61,858 nucleotides of DNA from Acidobacteriota bacterium (GTDB lineage Bacteria; Acidobacteriota; Aminicenantia; Aminicenantales; Aminicenantaceae), in assembly GCA_030669585.1 (NCBI GenBank), contig DAOVDI010000002.1, positions 1-61,858 of the forward strand. Direction: 5' to 3'. A program made the position numbers and the translations under genes. How positions within the stretch are numbered: position 1 is the stretch's first letter; every line of letters starts with the position of its first letter. The notes under the pieces are model-generated. The model was not told the DNA's origin. It was given only the letters and a program-made list of their open reading frames with translations, and did not search any database. Shown here in pieces: positions 17,406-26,680 of the stretch.

Positions 17406-18184
17406 TTCGGCTCCTTATCAAGCTGCTGAAAATAATCTGTTATCTTTGTGCCGGAGAAATTGGCCATTTTTTTCTTGATCTCATCCACAGAGAACCCTTT
17501 TTCCTTTAAAAGATAGAATTCTGATGTCACATTTGCACCTTCCACCGGTCCCCAACATCCATTACACGGGATGTTGTGATTGGGGCAGATGGAACCACAT
17601 CCGTCAGCCGTTAATGGTCCAAGACATAATTCTCCTTTTTTTAGGAGGCAGTCATTTTCGTTGTATTTGCATGTGACGCACACCGGGTTGGGATAATGTT
17701 CAGGCGGATTGCCCTTCAGTATGCGGGTGAAAAAATTGAGAAACTGCTCTTTGCTGACAGGACAACCCGGCAGATAAAAATCTACATCGATGAAGGCATC
17801 TATGGGTTTGGACTGGACAGGTTTTGTATGGGTGAATTCCGTGTTGCCATAGACTATTTTAAGGTTCTTTTCCCATTCTTTGGGGTCGATGAAACGAGCC
17901 TGGACACCACCCAAAACAGCACAGGTTCCAAAAGCTACAACTGCTTTTGCGCGTTTTCGTATATCTTTTAATTCTTCGATCTCTTTTTCTGTTGTGACCG
18001 ATCCTTCGACAAGGGCTAGATCCAGTTCTCCATCGGTGTTGTTGCTCATGACCATGGCAAAGGATTGGATATCGACCGCATTAAAAATATCGATCAGTTC
18101 CATTTCGCAGTCCGTGACAAGCAAGCAATCACCCGCACAGCCCGTCAATTCATAAAATCCAATTTTCAGTTTATCGTTTTTCAT
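17402..18184 (-). CDS. [NiFe] hydrogenase small (delta) subunit, group-3b-like
   Basis: 260 aa. Motifs ELTGCAGDC, FGTCAVLGG, YLPGCP and Cys-rich distal-cluster motifs. 4-nt overlap with the large subunit. Confidence 0.8.
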   Translation of the reverse strand: MKNDKLKIGFYELTGCAGDCLLVTDCEMELIDIFNAVDIQSFAMVMSNNTDGELDLALVEGSVTTEKEIEELKDIRKRAKAVVAFGTCAVLGGVQARFIDPKEWEKNLKIVYGNTEFTHTKPVQSKPIDAFIDVDFYLPGCPVSKEQFLNFFTRILKGNPPEHYPNPVCVTCKYNENDCLLKKGELCLGPLTADGCGSICPNHNIPCNGCWGPVEGANVTSEFYLLKEKGFSVDEIKKKMANFSGTKITDYFQQLDKEPK

Positions 18185-18194
18185 AGTATCTCCC

Positions 18195-19055
18195 TTAGAT
18201 GAGCTCCCTCATGTGTAAAACATCCCAGTATGTGAATACAGGACCGTCAAGACAGGTGTATATGTAGTCGATAGCACAGTGTCCGCATTTTCCTACGCCG
18301 CATTTCATCCGTCTTTCCAGTGTCATCAGGATCTGATCCTTGGGAATGTCCAGTTTGATCAGTTCATTGATGACAAATTTGTACATGATTGGAGGTCCGC
18401 AAACAAGGGCTACTGTGTTTTCGGCATCAAGATCTTTTACTTTTGGGAAAAGAGTGGTAACAACTCCGACATTTTCAGGCCACTGTCCTGTATCGTCTTC
18501 ATCTACACTCATATAGCACTCGAGATCGTCTCTTTCCTTCAGAGCAAAAAATTCTTCCCTGAATATCATTTCTGAGGGCCGTTTGGCGCCATGGAGCAGG
18601 ATAACACGGTTGAAGAGATTCCTATTGTCCAGGCAGTACAGCAGTACTGACCGCAGCGGAGCGGCCCCTAAACCACCCATGATAATGATGATATCCTTAC
18701 CCTCCATTTTCTCTGTTGGAAACCCTTTGCCATATGGGCCTCTTAATCCGATCAAGCTGTTTTCTTTAAGGCGAAAGATGGAATCGGTAACGATCCCGGT
18801 CTTCCGGATGCAAAACTCGAGAAGCCCTGGACGTGATGGGGTTGAAGAGATGGAAAATGGAGCTTCCCCTGCTCCGAGTACTGAGATCATGGCAAATTGG
18901 CCTGTATCGTATTTAAAAGACAGGGCTTTGTCCATGTCTGTGATTCGAACCTGAAAAAATTTTACGTCATCGGTCAAATGATAGGTCCGGACTATTCTTG
19001 CAGGCTCAGGCATAAATGGGTTTTCCTGAATGATGTTTTTGGTTTCTCCGTTCAT
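18195..19055 (-). CDS. Sulfhydrogenase gamma-like subunit (FAD/NAD(P)-binding, 2Fe-2S; AsrB/PyrK-like)
   Basis: 286 aa. Flavin-reductase fold motifs (GQFAMISV, IIIMGGLGAAP). C-terminal CGVGKCGHC…C cluster motif. Confidence 0.8.
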   Translation of the reverse strand: MNGETKNIIQENPFMPEPARIVRTYHLTDDVKFFQVRITDMDKALSFKYDTGQFAMISVLGAGEAPFSISSTPSRPGLLEFCIRKTGIVTDSIFRLKENSLIGLRGPYGKGFPTEKMEGKDIIIIMGGLGAAPLRSVLLYCLDNRNLFNRVILLHGAKRPSEMIFREEFFALKERDDLECYMSVDEDDTGQWPENVGVVTTLFPKVKDLDAENTVALVCGPPIMYKFVINELIKLDIPKDQILMTLERRMKCGVGKCGHCAIDYIYTCLDGPVFTYWDVLHMRELI

Positions 19056-20113
19056 TTTGTCACCTCTTTGGCGAACCTGTCCCAGAAAGCATCCACCGTT
19101 TCATTATCCAGGCTTTGAGCAACAGTTTTAATATTAATATCCACAGGGCAGGTTTCAATGCATCTTCCGCAGCCGACGCATGCCGGCTTTCCATACTTGG
19201 AGATGTAGGCTTGTAATTTGTGTGTATAATAAAGTTTTAATCTCAGCGATCGAGCTTCCCGGAAATTCTCACCTCCGGCGACTTCTGAATAACTTTCCAG
19301 TGTGCAGGCATCCCAACAGCGGGAAATATGGGATGCGTTTTCCGTGAGGAAAGGTTTGTCATTGATATTGTAACAGTTGCACGTTGGACAGACATTGGAA
19401 CAGGACCCGCAAGCCAGGCATGCCTGACCCAACTTTTCCCATAAGGGATCTTGATACTTGAGTTCCATAAGGTCGGGCATGTTTTTAAAATCGATGGATA
19501 CCGAAAAAGCTTTATCTTTTTCTTCTCTCCATTCAATGTACTTCTGAATGTCCTTGTCAGTAATGTTTTCATCAAAAAAGTCCGGTTTTCTTCTGATAAG
19601 ATCATCTCCTTTGCTGGAGCCGATCCAGACAAGATATTCTTTTTCCAGCTCGCTGAAGAACAGGTCGTATCCTTCTTCGATAATGTCGGTGCCTGCTGAT
19701 TTGCATAAACAGTGTTCATCAGGCCAGCAGGAATGCCCAAGAATTAAAGTGTTGTTTCGGGCTTCGATATAATAAGGGTCATTATAATGATGTTTATAGA
19801 ACTGATCCATGATGAGAATGGCATGTATGTCGCAGGGATGCAGCCCGAATATGATCTTTTCAGTCACGTGGGAAAAATCAGCTTCATATTTTTTCTCCGT
19901 GGCTTTGAACATGTTGAAAGACGGAGGAAGAAAAATTTTTCTGGGAGGAAGAATTGTGCGTGTGTAGTCCAGATCGATCTGAGAAAAATCTTTGATGATT
20001 TGAAAGCTATGTTTTCCTTCCGGCTTTTTCGTTGGGGCCCAAAGGTCTGCGCCTTCTGAAATGGACTCAAGAAATGGAAAAAGATATTCTTTTTTTAATT
20101 TGAAGATCCTCAT
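19052..20113 (-). CDS. Sulfhydrogenase beta-like subunit (4Fe-4S; AsrA-like)
   Basis: 353 aa. Motifs CLACGSCSNVCPTCNC and CVGCGRCIETCP. The order beta-gamma-delta-alpha matches the Pyrococcus-type group-3b operon. Confidence 0.8.
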   Translation of the reverse strand: MRIFKLKKEYLFPFLESISEGADLWAPTKKPEGKHSFQIIKDFSQIDLDYTRTILPPRKIFLPPSFNMFKATEKKYEADFSHVTEKIIFGLHPCDIHAILIMDQFYKHHYNDPYYIEARNNTLILGHSCWPDEHCLCKSAGTDIIEEGYDLFFSELEKEYLVWIGSSKGDDLIRRKPDFFDENITDKDIQKYIEWREEKDKAFSVSIDFKNMPDLMELKYQDPLWEKLGQACLACGSCSNVCPTCNCYNINDKPFLTENASHISRCWDACTLESYSEVAGGENFREARSLRLKLYYTHKLQAYISKYGKPACVGCGRCIETCPVDINIKTVAQSLDNETVDAFWDRFAKEVTK

Positions 20114-20189
20114 TTTAATTCCTTTTTATATGGCGTTCGTTCGATCTGTTCATAATACAGCTATACATTTCATGAACCTTATGAACTGT

Positions 20190-20205
20190 TGCAAAATCTA
20201 TGCCG
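20190..20205 (-). promoter_or_regulatory. Sigma-54 (-24/-12) promoter candidate for the group-3b hydrogenase operon
   Basis: The minus strand reads cGGCAT-agatt-TTGCA. GG and GC have the correct 12-nt register. About 78 nt upstream of the ATG at 20113. Confidence 0.55.
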
Positions 20206-20367
20206 AATATATGTAAATTCAATTATTTTTATTTGGGTTCTAAAATATTGATATTAAATAAATTAAAATGGATGAAAAAGTCTATGTATTTTAAGACCAA
20301 AAGTGAGGTTAAAAAAGCGAAGAATTATTCCCCACTTACTGTCCTATTTTGACCCATCTGATATGCA

Positions 20368-21723
20368 TTAGGAAAGATTGTATTTTTTAATTTTTGACAG
20401 GAGTGTTTTTCGGTCGATACCAAGAGCTTTGGCCGTATGACTTCTGTTCCCCTGGTGAGCGTGGAGAACTGTGGCGATGTATTCATTTTCAATCTGTTCC
20501 ATTGTTTTATACTTCCCGCCGACAGGAGTCAACAAGGAAAAGCTGGAACTGATCCCGTGATAGATGAGATCTTCCAGCCGGATCTCATCATCTGCTGAAA
20601 GAACAACCGCTCTCTCGATAGTATTTTCCAGCTCTCGGATGTTTCCTGGCCAGTTATATTCGCTCAGGGCTTTTCTTACTGTTGAAGAAATATTCCTTAT
20701 GCTTTTTTTTGTTTTTATATTGTACTTCTGCAGGAAATGACCGACGAGCAGGGGAATATCCTGTTTTCTTTCTCTCAGCGGAGGGAGGTGAATAGGAACA
20801 ACACTCAAACGATAGAACAGATCGTCTCTGAATTGTCCATGCCTGACGCATTCTGCAAGGTTTTCATTTGTTGCAGCAAGGATGCGGATGTCGACCTTGA
20901 TGGGTTTGGTGCTGCCGATACGCGTGACTTCCCGTTCCTGTATGACACGAAGGAGCTTGGCCTGGATATTCAGGCTGATATTGCTGATCTCATCAAGAAA
21001 TATCGTTCCCCCGTTTGCAACTTCAAATCGTCCGTGTTTTGTCTCGATTGCGCCAGTGAACGACCCTTTTACATGACCAAAAAGTTCGCTTTCAAACAGT
21101 GTTTCAACCAGCGCGCCGCAGTCGACTACGACAAAAGACGATTCCTTCCGCAGGCTGTGTTTATGGATCTCTCTTGCAAGCAGTTCTTTTCCTGTCCCGC
21201 TTTCACCTGTGATCAGAACAGTGCTGTCAGTCGGGCTTACACGCCTCACCATTTCAAAAACCGCATTCATAGCAGGGCTTTTACCGACGATCATATCGAA
21301 TTGGATCCTATCCTTCAGCTCTTTGCGGAGGTGGATATTTTCAAAATAGATTTTACGGCTTTCCAGTGCCTTGTGAACAATAACACGCAGCTCTCCAGGA
21401 CTAAAAGGTTTGGCCAGATAATCAAATGCGCCTCTTTTGATGGCATCAACAGCTGATTCGATTGTGGCAAATCCAGTGATGATGATCACCGGTATTTCCG
21501 GATTTCCTTCTTTGATTTTAGTGAGGATGTCCATCCCGCTGGGGCCGGGCATTCTTAAGTCCAGAAGAACGACTTGAAAAGTTTCCTCAATGATGGCTTT
21601 TAGACCCTCAATGCCATTTTGGGCATACTTGACTCTGAAACCCTCTTTTTTTAGCACCTGGCTGCATGAGTCCAGGATGGCTTCTTCGTCATCTATGACC
21701 AGAATATTGGCGGTTTCAGTCAT
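20368..21723 (-). CDS. Sigma-54-dependent response regulator (NtrC family: REC plus AAA+ plus HTH)
   Basis: 451 aa. REC (VIDDEE…DLRMPG). Walker A GESGTGKE. GAFTGA-like GSFTGA. Motif ESELFGH. C-terminal Fis-type HTH (HTAKALGIDRKTLLSKIKKY). Confidence 0.9.
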   Translation of the reverse strand: MTETANILVIDDEEAILDSCSQVLKKEGFRVKYAQNGIEGLKAIIEETFQVVLLDLRMPGPSGMDILTKIKEGNPEIPVIIITGFATIESAVDAIKRGAFDYLAKPFSPGELRVIVHKALESRKIYFENIHLRKELKDRIQFDMIVGKSPAMNAVFEMVRRVSPTDSTVLITGESGTGKELLAREIHKHSLRKESSFVVVDCGALVETLFESELFGHVKGSFTGAIETKHGRFEVANGGTIFLDEISNISLNIQAKLLRVIQEREVTRIGSTKPIKVDIRILAATNENLAECVRHGQFRDDLFYRLSVVPIHLPPLRERKQDIPLLVGHFLQKYNIKTKKSIRNISSTVRKALSEYNWPGNIRELENTIERAVVLSADDEIRLEDLIYHGISSSFSLLTPVGGKYKTMEQIENEYIATVLHAHQGNRSHTAKALGIDRKTLLSKIKKYNLS

Positions 21724-23701
21724 TTTTGTTCTCTCTATTCAGAGGCAGCTTTACAATAAATTCCGTTCCCTCATCAATCTTGCTTGACACCTCGATGGTT
21801 CCTTGATGTTTTAGAATGATGCTGTAACTGATAGCCAGGCCAAGCCCGGTTCCCTGGCCTACTTCTTTTGTGGTGAAAAATGGTTCAAAAAGCCTTTTAA
21901 GATCATTTTCTTTTATGCCGCATCCTGTGTCCTTAAACCGGATGTCGATGAATTTTTTATTCTTATTGAGCGAAGTGCTGATGCTCAGGGTCCCGTTTCC
22001 ATTCATGGCCTCAGCAGCATTCATGATAATGTTGATAAACACCTGCTGCAGTTGGGCGCTATCTGCAATGATCTTATACAGGTCTTCAGCATAATTCTTT
22101 TTTATGGTGATATTCTGGAAGAGGGATTGGCCTTCTATTATGGAGAGGGAGGTTTCCAAGGATTCGTTAATATCGATTTCCGTCGTCTCGGGTTCTTTTG
22201 GCCTGGCAAATTCGAGAAGACCTTTAACAATATCCTTGCATCGGGATGTTTCTTTGACGATTTTTTTCAAATTATCATAATAGGGGCTGTCGGCGTTTGT
22301 CCCCTCAAGTAAAAGATGGCTGTAGATTAGGATGCCGCCCAGGGGATTGTTTATTTCATGGGCAACACCTGCTGCCAGTTTTCCCAGGGAAGCCAGTTTT
22401 TCCGATTGAACAAGGTGCGCCTGCATCTTCCGTAATTCTTGTGTGCGTTCCTCGACTTTTTTTTCAAGGGTTTTTCCCCAGTTAACCAGTTCTTTGTTGG
22501 CTGTCCTTAGATTTGCGGTCATCTGATTGAATGAAGTTGCCAGGTACCCAAACTCATCTTGAGATCTCACTTCGACCTTGTGAGAAAGATCTCCTTTCGC
22601 TATTTTTTGAGTCGCTTCGACCATCTGTGTTAACGGTTTGATGATGCTGGAGGTAGAAAAATTGAGCATTACCAGAAGCACGACGACGCTGAGAGCAGCC
22701 AAAAGGCTGAATATCAGCATTACTTGTTTGACAAGATCCAGGTAAGGTTTTTCCATTATTCCAACATAAAGGATCCCGATGATCTTTTGGTCGACATTTT
22801 TGATAGGATCATAAGCAGTTATATACCAGTCATTGACGACAAAAGCTCTGTCTATCCAGGCCTTTCCTTCTTTGAGGACAGCGGAGTTGACTTCCTTGGA
22901 AACACGTGTGCCGATGGCCCTTTCCCCGTTATCTTTTTTTACGTTGGTGGAGATCCGAAGATCCTTCTGAAAAATGGTTGCTGTCCCGATCTCTCTGCCT
23001 TTATATTTTTCTTCTTTGTAAACAAGTTCCTTGACAAGATCCACGATCTCATAATTTCTATTCAGAAGAATGCCGCCGTAGAGGACTCCCATCAGGGTGC
23101 CGGATCCGTCAACAATCGGGGCAGCGGCTTTAAGCATAATTCCGTTGGTTTCGCGATCCTCCGGCCGTTCAGCGGCTTTTGGTGTGGGGATAAAAACCAT
23201 GTAAGCCTGATCGGCCAGGTCTTCTCCTTCTTTTAAAAGTTCTTTTCGAGAGATGATCTGAGGATGGGCAAGGACGCCTCTTTTAAGAGCCCATTTTATG
23301 ATCTTATCTCCTGACTGGTCATCTCCGATAATACCAGGGTTCCGTGTTCTGACAATCACTTTACCGGTATTATCTGTTAAAGTCAGGATATCGAGTCCGG
23401 TTTCTTCCCGCAGACGGCTGAGGTTTTCAAGAAGAGTGTTGTATTTTTTATTTTGTATATTTTCCTGCAGACGATTGCGTCCTGCTGTAAGATTGACAAT
23501 GTCTTTTATCTCTTTTAGCTTGGAATTAAAGACCATTCTTGCAGCGTCAAGGTCATGTCTTACTTTAGCCTGGGCTTGTGAAATCAAGGTGCTTTTCATG
23601 AGCCTGGAACCGAAGTAAAGGGATATCAGTCCACCAATGATAATAATTATCAAGAAGACAAGTATAATTTTTTTTCTTAGAGAAAAACGAGGAAATAACA
23701 T
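21716..23701 (-). CDS. Sensor histidine kinase (2 TM, large extracytoplasmic Cache-like domain, HAMP, HisKA, HATPase_c)
   Basis: 661 aa. TM1 ILVFLIIIIIGGLISLYF. An extracytoplasmic domain of about 300 aa, then TM2. HAMP (…DEFGYLATSFNQM). H-box AAGVAHEINNPL. G boxes DTGCGI and GTGLGLAI. 8-nt overlap with the NtrC gene. Confidence 0.85.
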   Translation of the reverse strand: MLFPRFSLRKKIILVFLIIIIIGGLISLYFGSRLMKSTLISQAQAKVRHDLDAARMVFNSKLKEIKDIVNLTAGRNRLQENIQNKKYNTLLENLSRLREETGLDILTLTDNTGKVIVRTRNPGIIGDDQSGDKIIKWALKRGVLAHPQIISRKELLKEGEDLADQAYMVFIPTPKAAERPEDRETNGIMLKAAAPIVDGSGTLMGVLYGGILLNRNYEIVDLVKELVYKEEKYKGREIGTATIFQKDLRISTNVKKDNGERAIGTRVSKEVNSAVLKEGKAWIDRAFVVNDWYITAYDPIKNVDQKIIGILYVGIMEKPYLDLVKQVMLIFSLLAALSVVVLLVMLNFSTSSIIKPLTQMVEATQKIAKGDLSHKVEVRSQDEFGYLATSFNQMTANLRTANKELVNWGKTLEKKVEERTQELRKMQAHLVQSEKLASLGKLAAGVAHEINNPLGGILIYSHLLLEGTNADSPYYDNLKKIVKETSRCKDIVKGLLEFARPKEPETTEIDINESLETSLSIIEGQSLFQNITIKKNYAEDLYKIIADSAQLQQVFINIIMNAAEAMNGNGTLSISTSLNKNKKFIDIRFKDTGCGIKENDLKRLFEPFFTTKEVGQGTGLGLAISYSIILKHQGTIEVSSKIDEGTEFIVKLPLNRENKND

Positions 23702-23794
23702 AGCTTAAGAACTTATATCGCAATAAATTAATATATTCAGAGATTATATCCTAATAATGAATTCATTAACAAGGAATTCAGTAGAGAGGCAGCA

Positions 23795-25255
23795 TTATCG
23801 TTTGAGTTGTTTAACCAATTCACCGGCTCTATCGTAGATGTTGATCTCGAGCGGCATATCTCCGGGCAGACAATGGGTTCCGCAGGCATGGCAGGGGTCG
23901 TACGGCCTGAAACCCATCTCGACCATATTCAGCAGTCCGTCGTCTACCTTACCTCCTTTGATGAAGGATTTTGCCGCTTTTTCAATGGACATATTGATGG
24001 CGGCAGCATTGTTAAGAGTGGCAACGATAAGATTCGCCTCGGTGATAATGCCTTTTTCATCTGTCTTGTAGTGATGAAAGAGCGTGCCGCGGGGGGCTTC
24101 GACAACACCGAATCCCTCATCCGGAGTTTTAGTCGGAATGTTGCGGATATGTGTGTTTGTGATATCCTTGTCCTCCAGCAGCTGAACCATTGTTTCCGCA
24201 GCTTGAAGCGCTTCGATCAGCCGGGCCCAATGAAAAGCCAGTGTGTGGTGAGAGGGCCTTCCTCCAAGGACCTCGAACATCTTTTCATAATGCTCCTGGG
24301 CCAGCGGCGACTGCATCCCATCCGCTGCGTTGAGGCGTGCAAGTGGTGCGACTCTGAACACACCTGAGTCTTTTCCTTCCTCAAAGCCTTTCCATCCGAC
24401 ATTTTTTAAGAATGGGAACTTGATATAAGTCCAGGGCTCTACATGCTCGGAGATGTGGTCCAAATATTCCCGGGCCTTAAATTTGGCGAATTCCTTTCCG
24501 TCCGGGTCGACCACACGGATGTCGCCGTCATAAAATTCGACTTTGTTGTCCGGTGTGACCATTCCCATGTAATAGGTTTTAATTTGATAGGCGTCGCCGA
24601 CAACAATGTCAACGTATTCCTTATTTTGAAGTACCACATCGTTGAAGATTTTCAAGGCGAATTGAGCAAATTCCACTGTTTCCTTGGCCCATCCTAAAAA
24701 TTCGACTCTGTGTTCTTCATCCAGCCCTTTGGAAACGCCGCCTGGAAGACCGCAAACCGGATGTATGATCTTTCCACCCAGATAGTTGATGATCTCACGG
24801 GTCAGCCTTCGGATTTTTATGACCTGTCCTCCGATCTCCAGGCCGACTTTGCCGATGACACCCAGAATGTTGCGTTCGGCCTTTGGAACGTTCGGGCCCA
24901 CAACAAAATCAGGCCCTCCCAGGAAGAAAAAGTGTAGAGTGTGATCCTCGAACTGGAAAGAATTGTAAATAAGTTCTCTGATTTTTTTTGCAGTCGGAGG
25001 TGGTTTGACATGCCAGAGGTCGTCTACGGCTTTTGTTGAAGCCATGTGGTGGGCGGTCGGACAAACGCCGCAGATGCGCGGAGTGATCCGCGGCATCTCT
25101 TCAGCAGGTCTTCCTACGGCGAACTGCTCGAACCCGCGCAATTCTGGTATCTGAAGGATAGCACGGTCCACATCTCCATTGTCATCAAGAAAGATCTCTA
25201 TCTTGCCGTGTCCCTCCAGGCGCGTAATCGGATCAATGGTAATTCTTTTGCTCAT
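23795..25255 (-). CDS. mvhA: [NiFe] hydrogenase large subunit, Mvh-type (group-3c-like)
   Basis: 486 aa. Motifs RLEGHGKIEI, RICGVCPTAH and C-terminal DPCHACGTH, followed by a 25-aa cleavable extension. Adjacent mvhG and mvhD. Confidence 0.85.
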   Translation of the reverse strand: MSKRITIDPITRLEGHGKIEIFLDDNGDVDRAILQIPELRGFEQFAVGRPAEEMPRITPRICGVCPTAHHMASTKAVDDLWHVKPPPTAKKIRELIYNSFQFEDHTLHFFFLGGPDFVVGPNVPKAERNILGVIGKVGLEIGGQVIKIRRLTREIINYLGGKIIHPVCGLPGGVSKGLDEEHRVEFLGWAKETVEFAQFALKIFNDVVLQNKEYVDIVVGDAYQIKTYYMGMVTPDNKVEFYDGDIRVVDPDGKEFAKFKAREYLDHISEHVEPWTYIKFPFLKNVGWKGFEEGKDSGVFRVAPLARLNAADGMQSPLAQEHYEKMFEVLGGRPSHHTLAFHWARLIEALQAAETMVQLLEDKDITNTHIRNIPTKTPDEGFGVVEAPRGTLFHHYKTDEKGIITEANLIVATLNNAAAINMSIEKAAKSFIKGGKVDDGLLNMVEMGFRPYDPCHACGTHCLPGDMPLEINIYDRAGELVKQLKR

Positions 25256-26235
25256 TTGACAGTCTCCATTCTTTTTCTTCTTAATATTGATGATGGAAGG
25301 CTGAATCGATAGAATGTTCCCGCTGGATCGACGATCGTGTTAACGATCTTTTCAATTTCTTCCTCATCATCTGAGTCCAGAAGTGATGCAAAGGCGCCTA
25401 GGAATTTTGCTCCCTGGTCGTAGACCTGGTCGGTAGGGCCGAAACAGCCTCTGCAGGGCATATTTCCGAGAATACAGCGTTCTTCGCATCCTGACCGGGT
25501 AGCAGGCCCCATACAGATAATCCCCTGGGCCAGGAAACATTTTTCATTGTCCATCTCGACTTCCCAGGGTCTTTTGACCGCTTTTATCGCCAGCTTTTCC
25601 GGTTTGGAATCATTGCGGCCACAGTCGTCGCAGAGAGATTTGTTTGGAGAAAGGACTGCTCCTTTGGAGGGGAGTTTCCCTTCCAGGATCGCTGTTATGG
25701 CGGTCATGATCAGATGTTTTGGGGGGGCGCAGCCCGGTAGATAATAATCCACATCGATCACCTGATCAAGTGTATAAACTGTGTCATAAAACCGGGGAAG
25801 AGTAAGTTCCTTGCCGTCTTCCATAATATGCTTTTCCTGGGGAATTGTTCCTTCAGGGTTGTCTGTGGATGGGGATGTGTGATATGAACTGTTAAAGATG
25901 GTCTTCCTGTTCCAAAAGTTAGCAAGTCCGGGGATACCGCCCAGATGGGAGCAGCTTCCAAAAGCAACGACAAGACCGGATTTCCGGCGCAGGAGGTTTA
26001 CCATTTCTTCCTGTTCTGAATTCCTGACAGCACCATTGATAAAACTTACAGCAATGGATCCGTCTTCCATTGCTTCTACATCCGTTTTTTTAAAATCCAT
26101 GGCAACCGGCCAGAATACGATATCAACAGCAGCTGTGACTTTTAATATGTCCTCTGCCAGGTCTATTACAGCTTCTTCACATCCGCCGCAGGATGCACAC
26201 CAGTAAAATGCGACTTTAGGCTTCTCTGTACTCAT
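25252..26235 (-). CDS. mvhG: [NiFe] hydrogenase small subunit, Mvh-type
   Basis: 327 aa. Motifs WCASCGGCEE, FGSCSHLGG, YLPGCAP and distal Cys motifs. No Tat signal, so it is cytoplasmic. Confidence 0.8.
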   Translation of the reverse strand: MSTEKPKVAFYWCASCGGCEEAVIDLAEDILKVTAAVDIVFWPVAMDFKKTDVEAMEDGSIAVSFINGAVRNSEQEEMVNLLRRKSGLVVAFGSCSHLGGIPGLANFWNRKTIFNSSYHTSPSTDNPEGTIPQEKHIMEDGKELTLPRFYDTVYTLDQVIDVDYYLPGCAPPKHLIMTAITAILEGKLPSKGAVLSPNKSLCDDCGRNDSKPEKLAIKAVKRPWEVEMDNEKCFLAQGIICMGPATRSGCEERCILGNMPCRGCFGPTDQVYDQGAKFLGAFASLLDSDDEEEIEKIVNTIVDPAGTFYRFSLPSSILRRKRMETVK

Positions 26236-26659
26236 TGATGTCTCCTTTCATAATATTTAATGGTCCTAATTCTTTGATCTGTTCTGTGAATTCGTCGCAT
26301 ACATTCTGGAATTTAGCGCCTTCAGCAGCTGAAACCCATTCCAGTCTGAGCCGTTCTTTTTCTATACCGAACTGTTCAAGCATTTTTCTTAAAAGGCGAT
26401 GTCGTCTCAAAGCTTTATAGTTTCCTTCTTTGTAGTGGCAGTCTCCTGGATGACACCCTGAAATGAGGATGCCGTCCGCCCCCTCTTTAAATGCTTTTAT
26501 CACAAACTGAGGGTCAACACGTCCGCTGCACATAACTCGAATAATTCGTATATTCGGAGAATATGTCATTCTGGCAGTTCCGGCAAGGTCTGCACCTGTA
26601 TAGGAACACCAGGTGCATAGGAAACCAATTAGTGTGGGATCGAAATTCTCGCTACTCAT
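26216..26659 (-). CDS. mvhD: MvhD/FlpD-type hydrogenase iron-sulfur (2Fe-2S) subunit
   Basis: 147 aa. Motifs FLCTWCSYTGADLAG, VMCSGRVDP and GCHPGDCHY. GGAGG RBS upstream. Confidence 0.85.
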   Translation of the reverse strand: MSSENFDPTLIGFLCTWCSYTGADLAGTARMTYSPNIRIIRVMCSGRVDPQFVIKAFKEGADGILISGCHPGDCHYKEGNYKALRRHRLLRKMLEQFGIEKERLRLEWVSAAEGAKFQNVCDEFTEQIKELGPLNIMKGDINEYREA

Positions 26660-26680
26660 TGGCAGCCTCCTTCCATTGTT

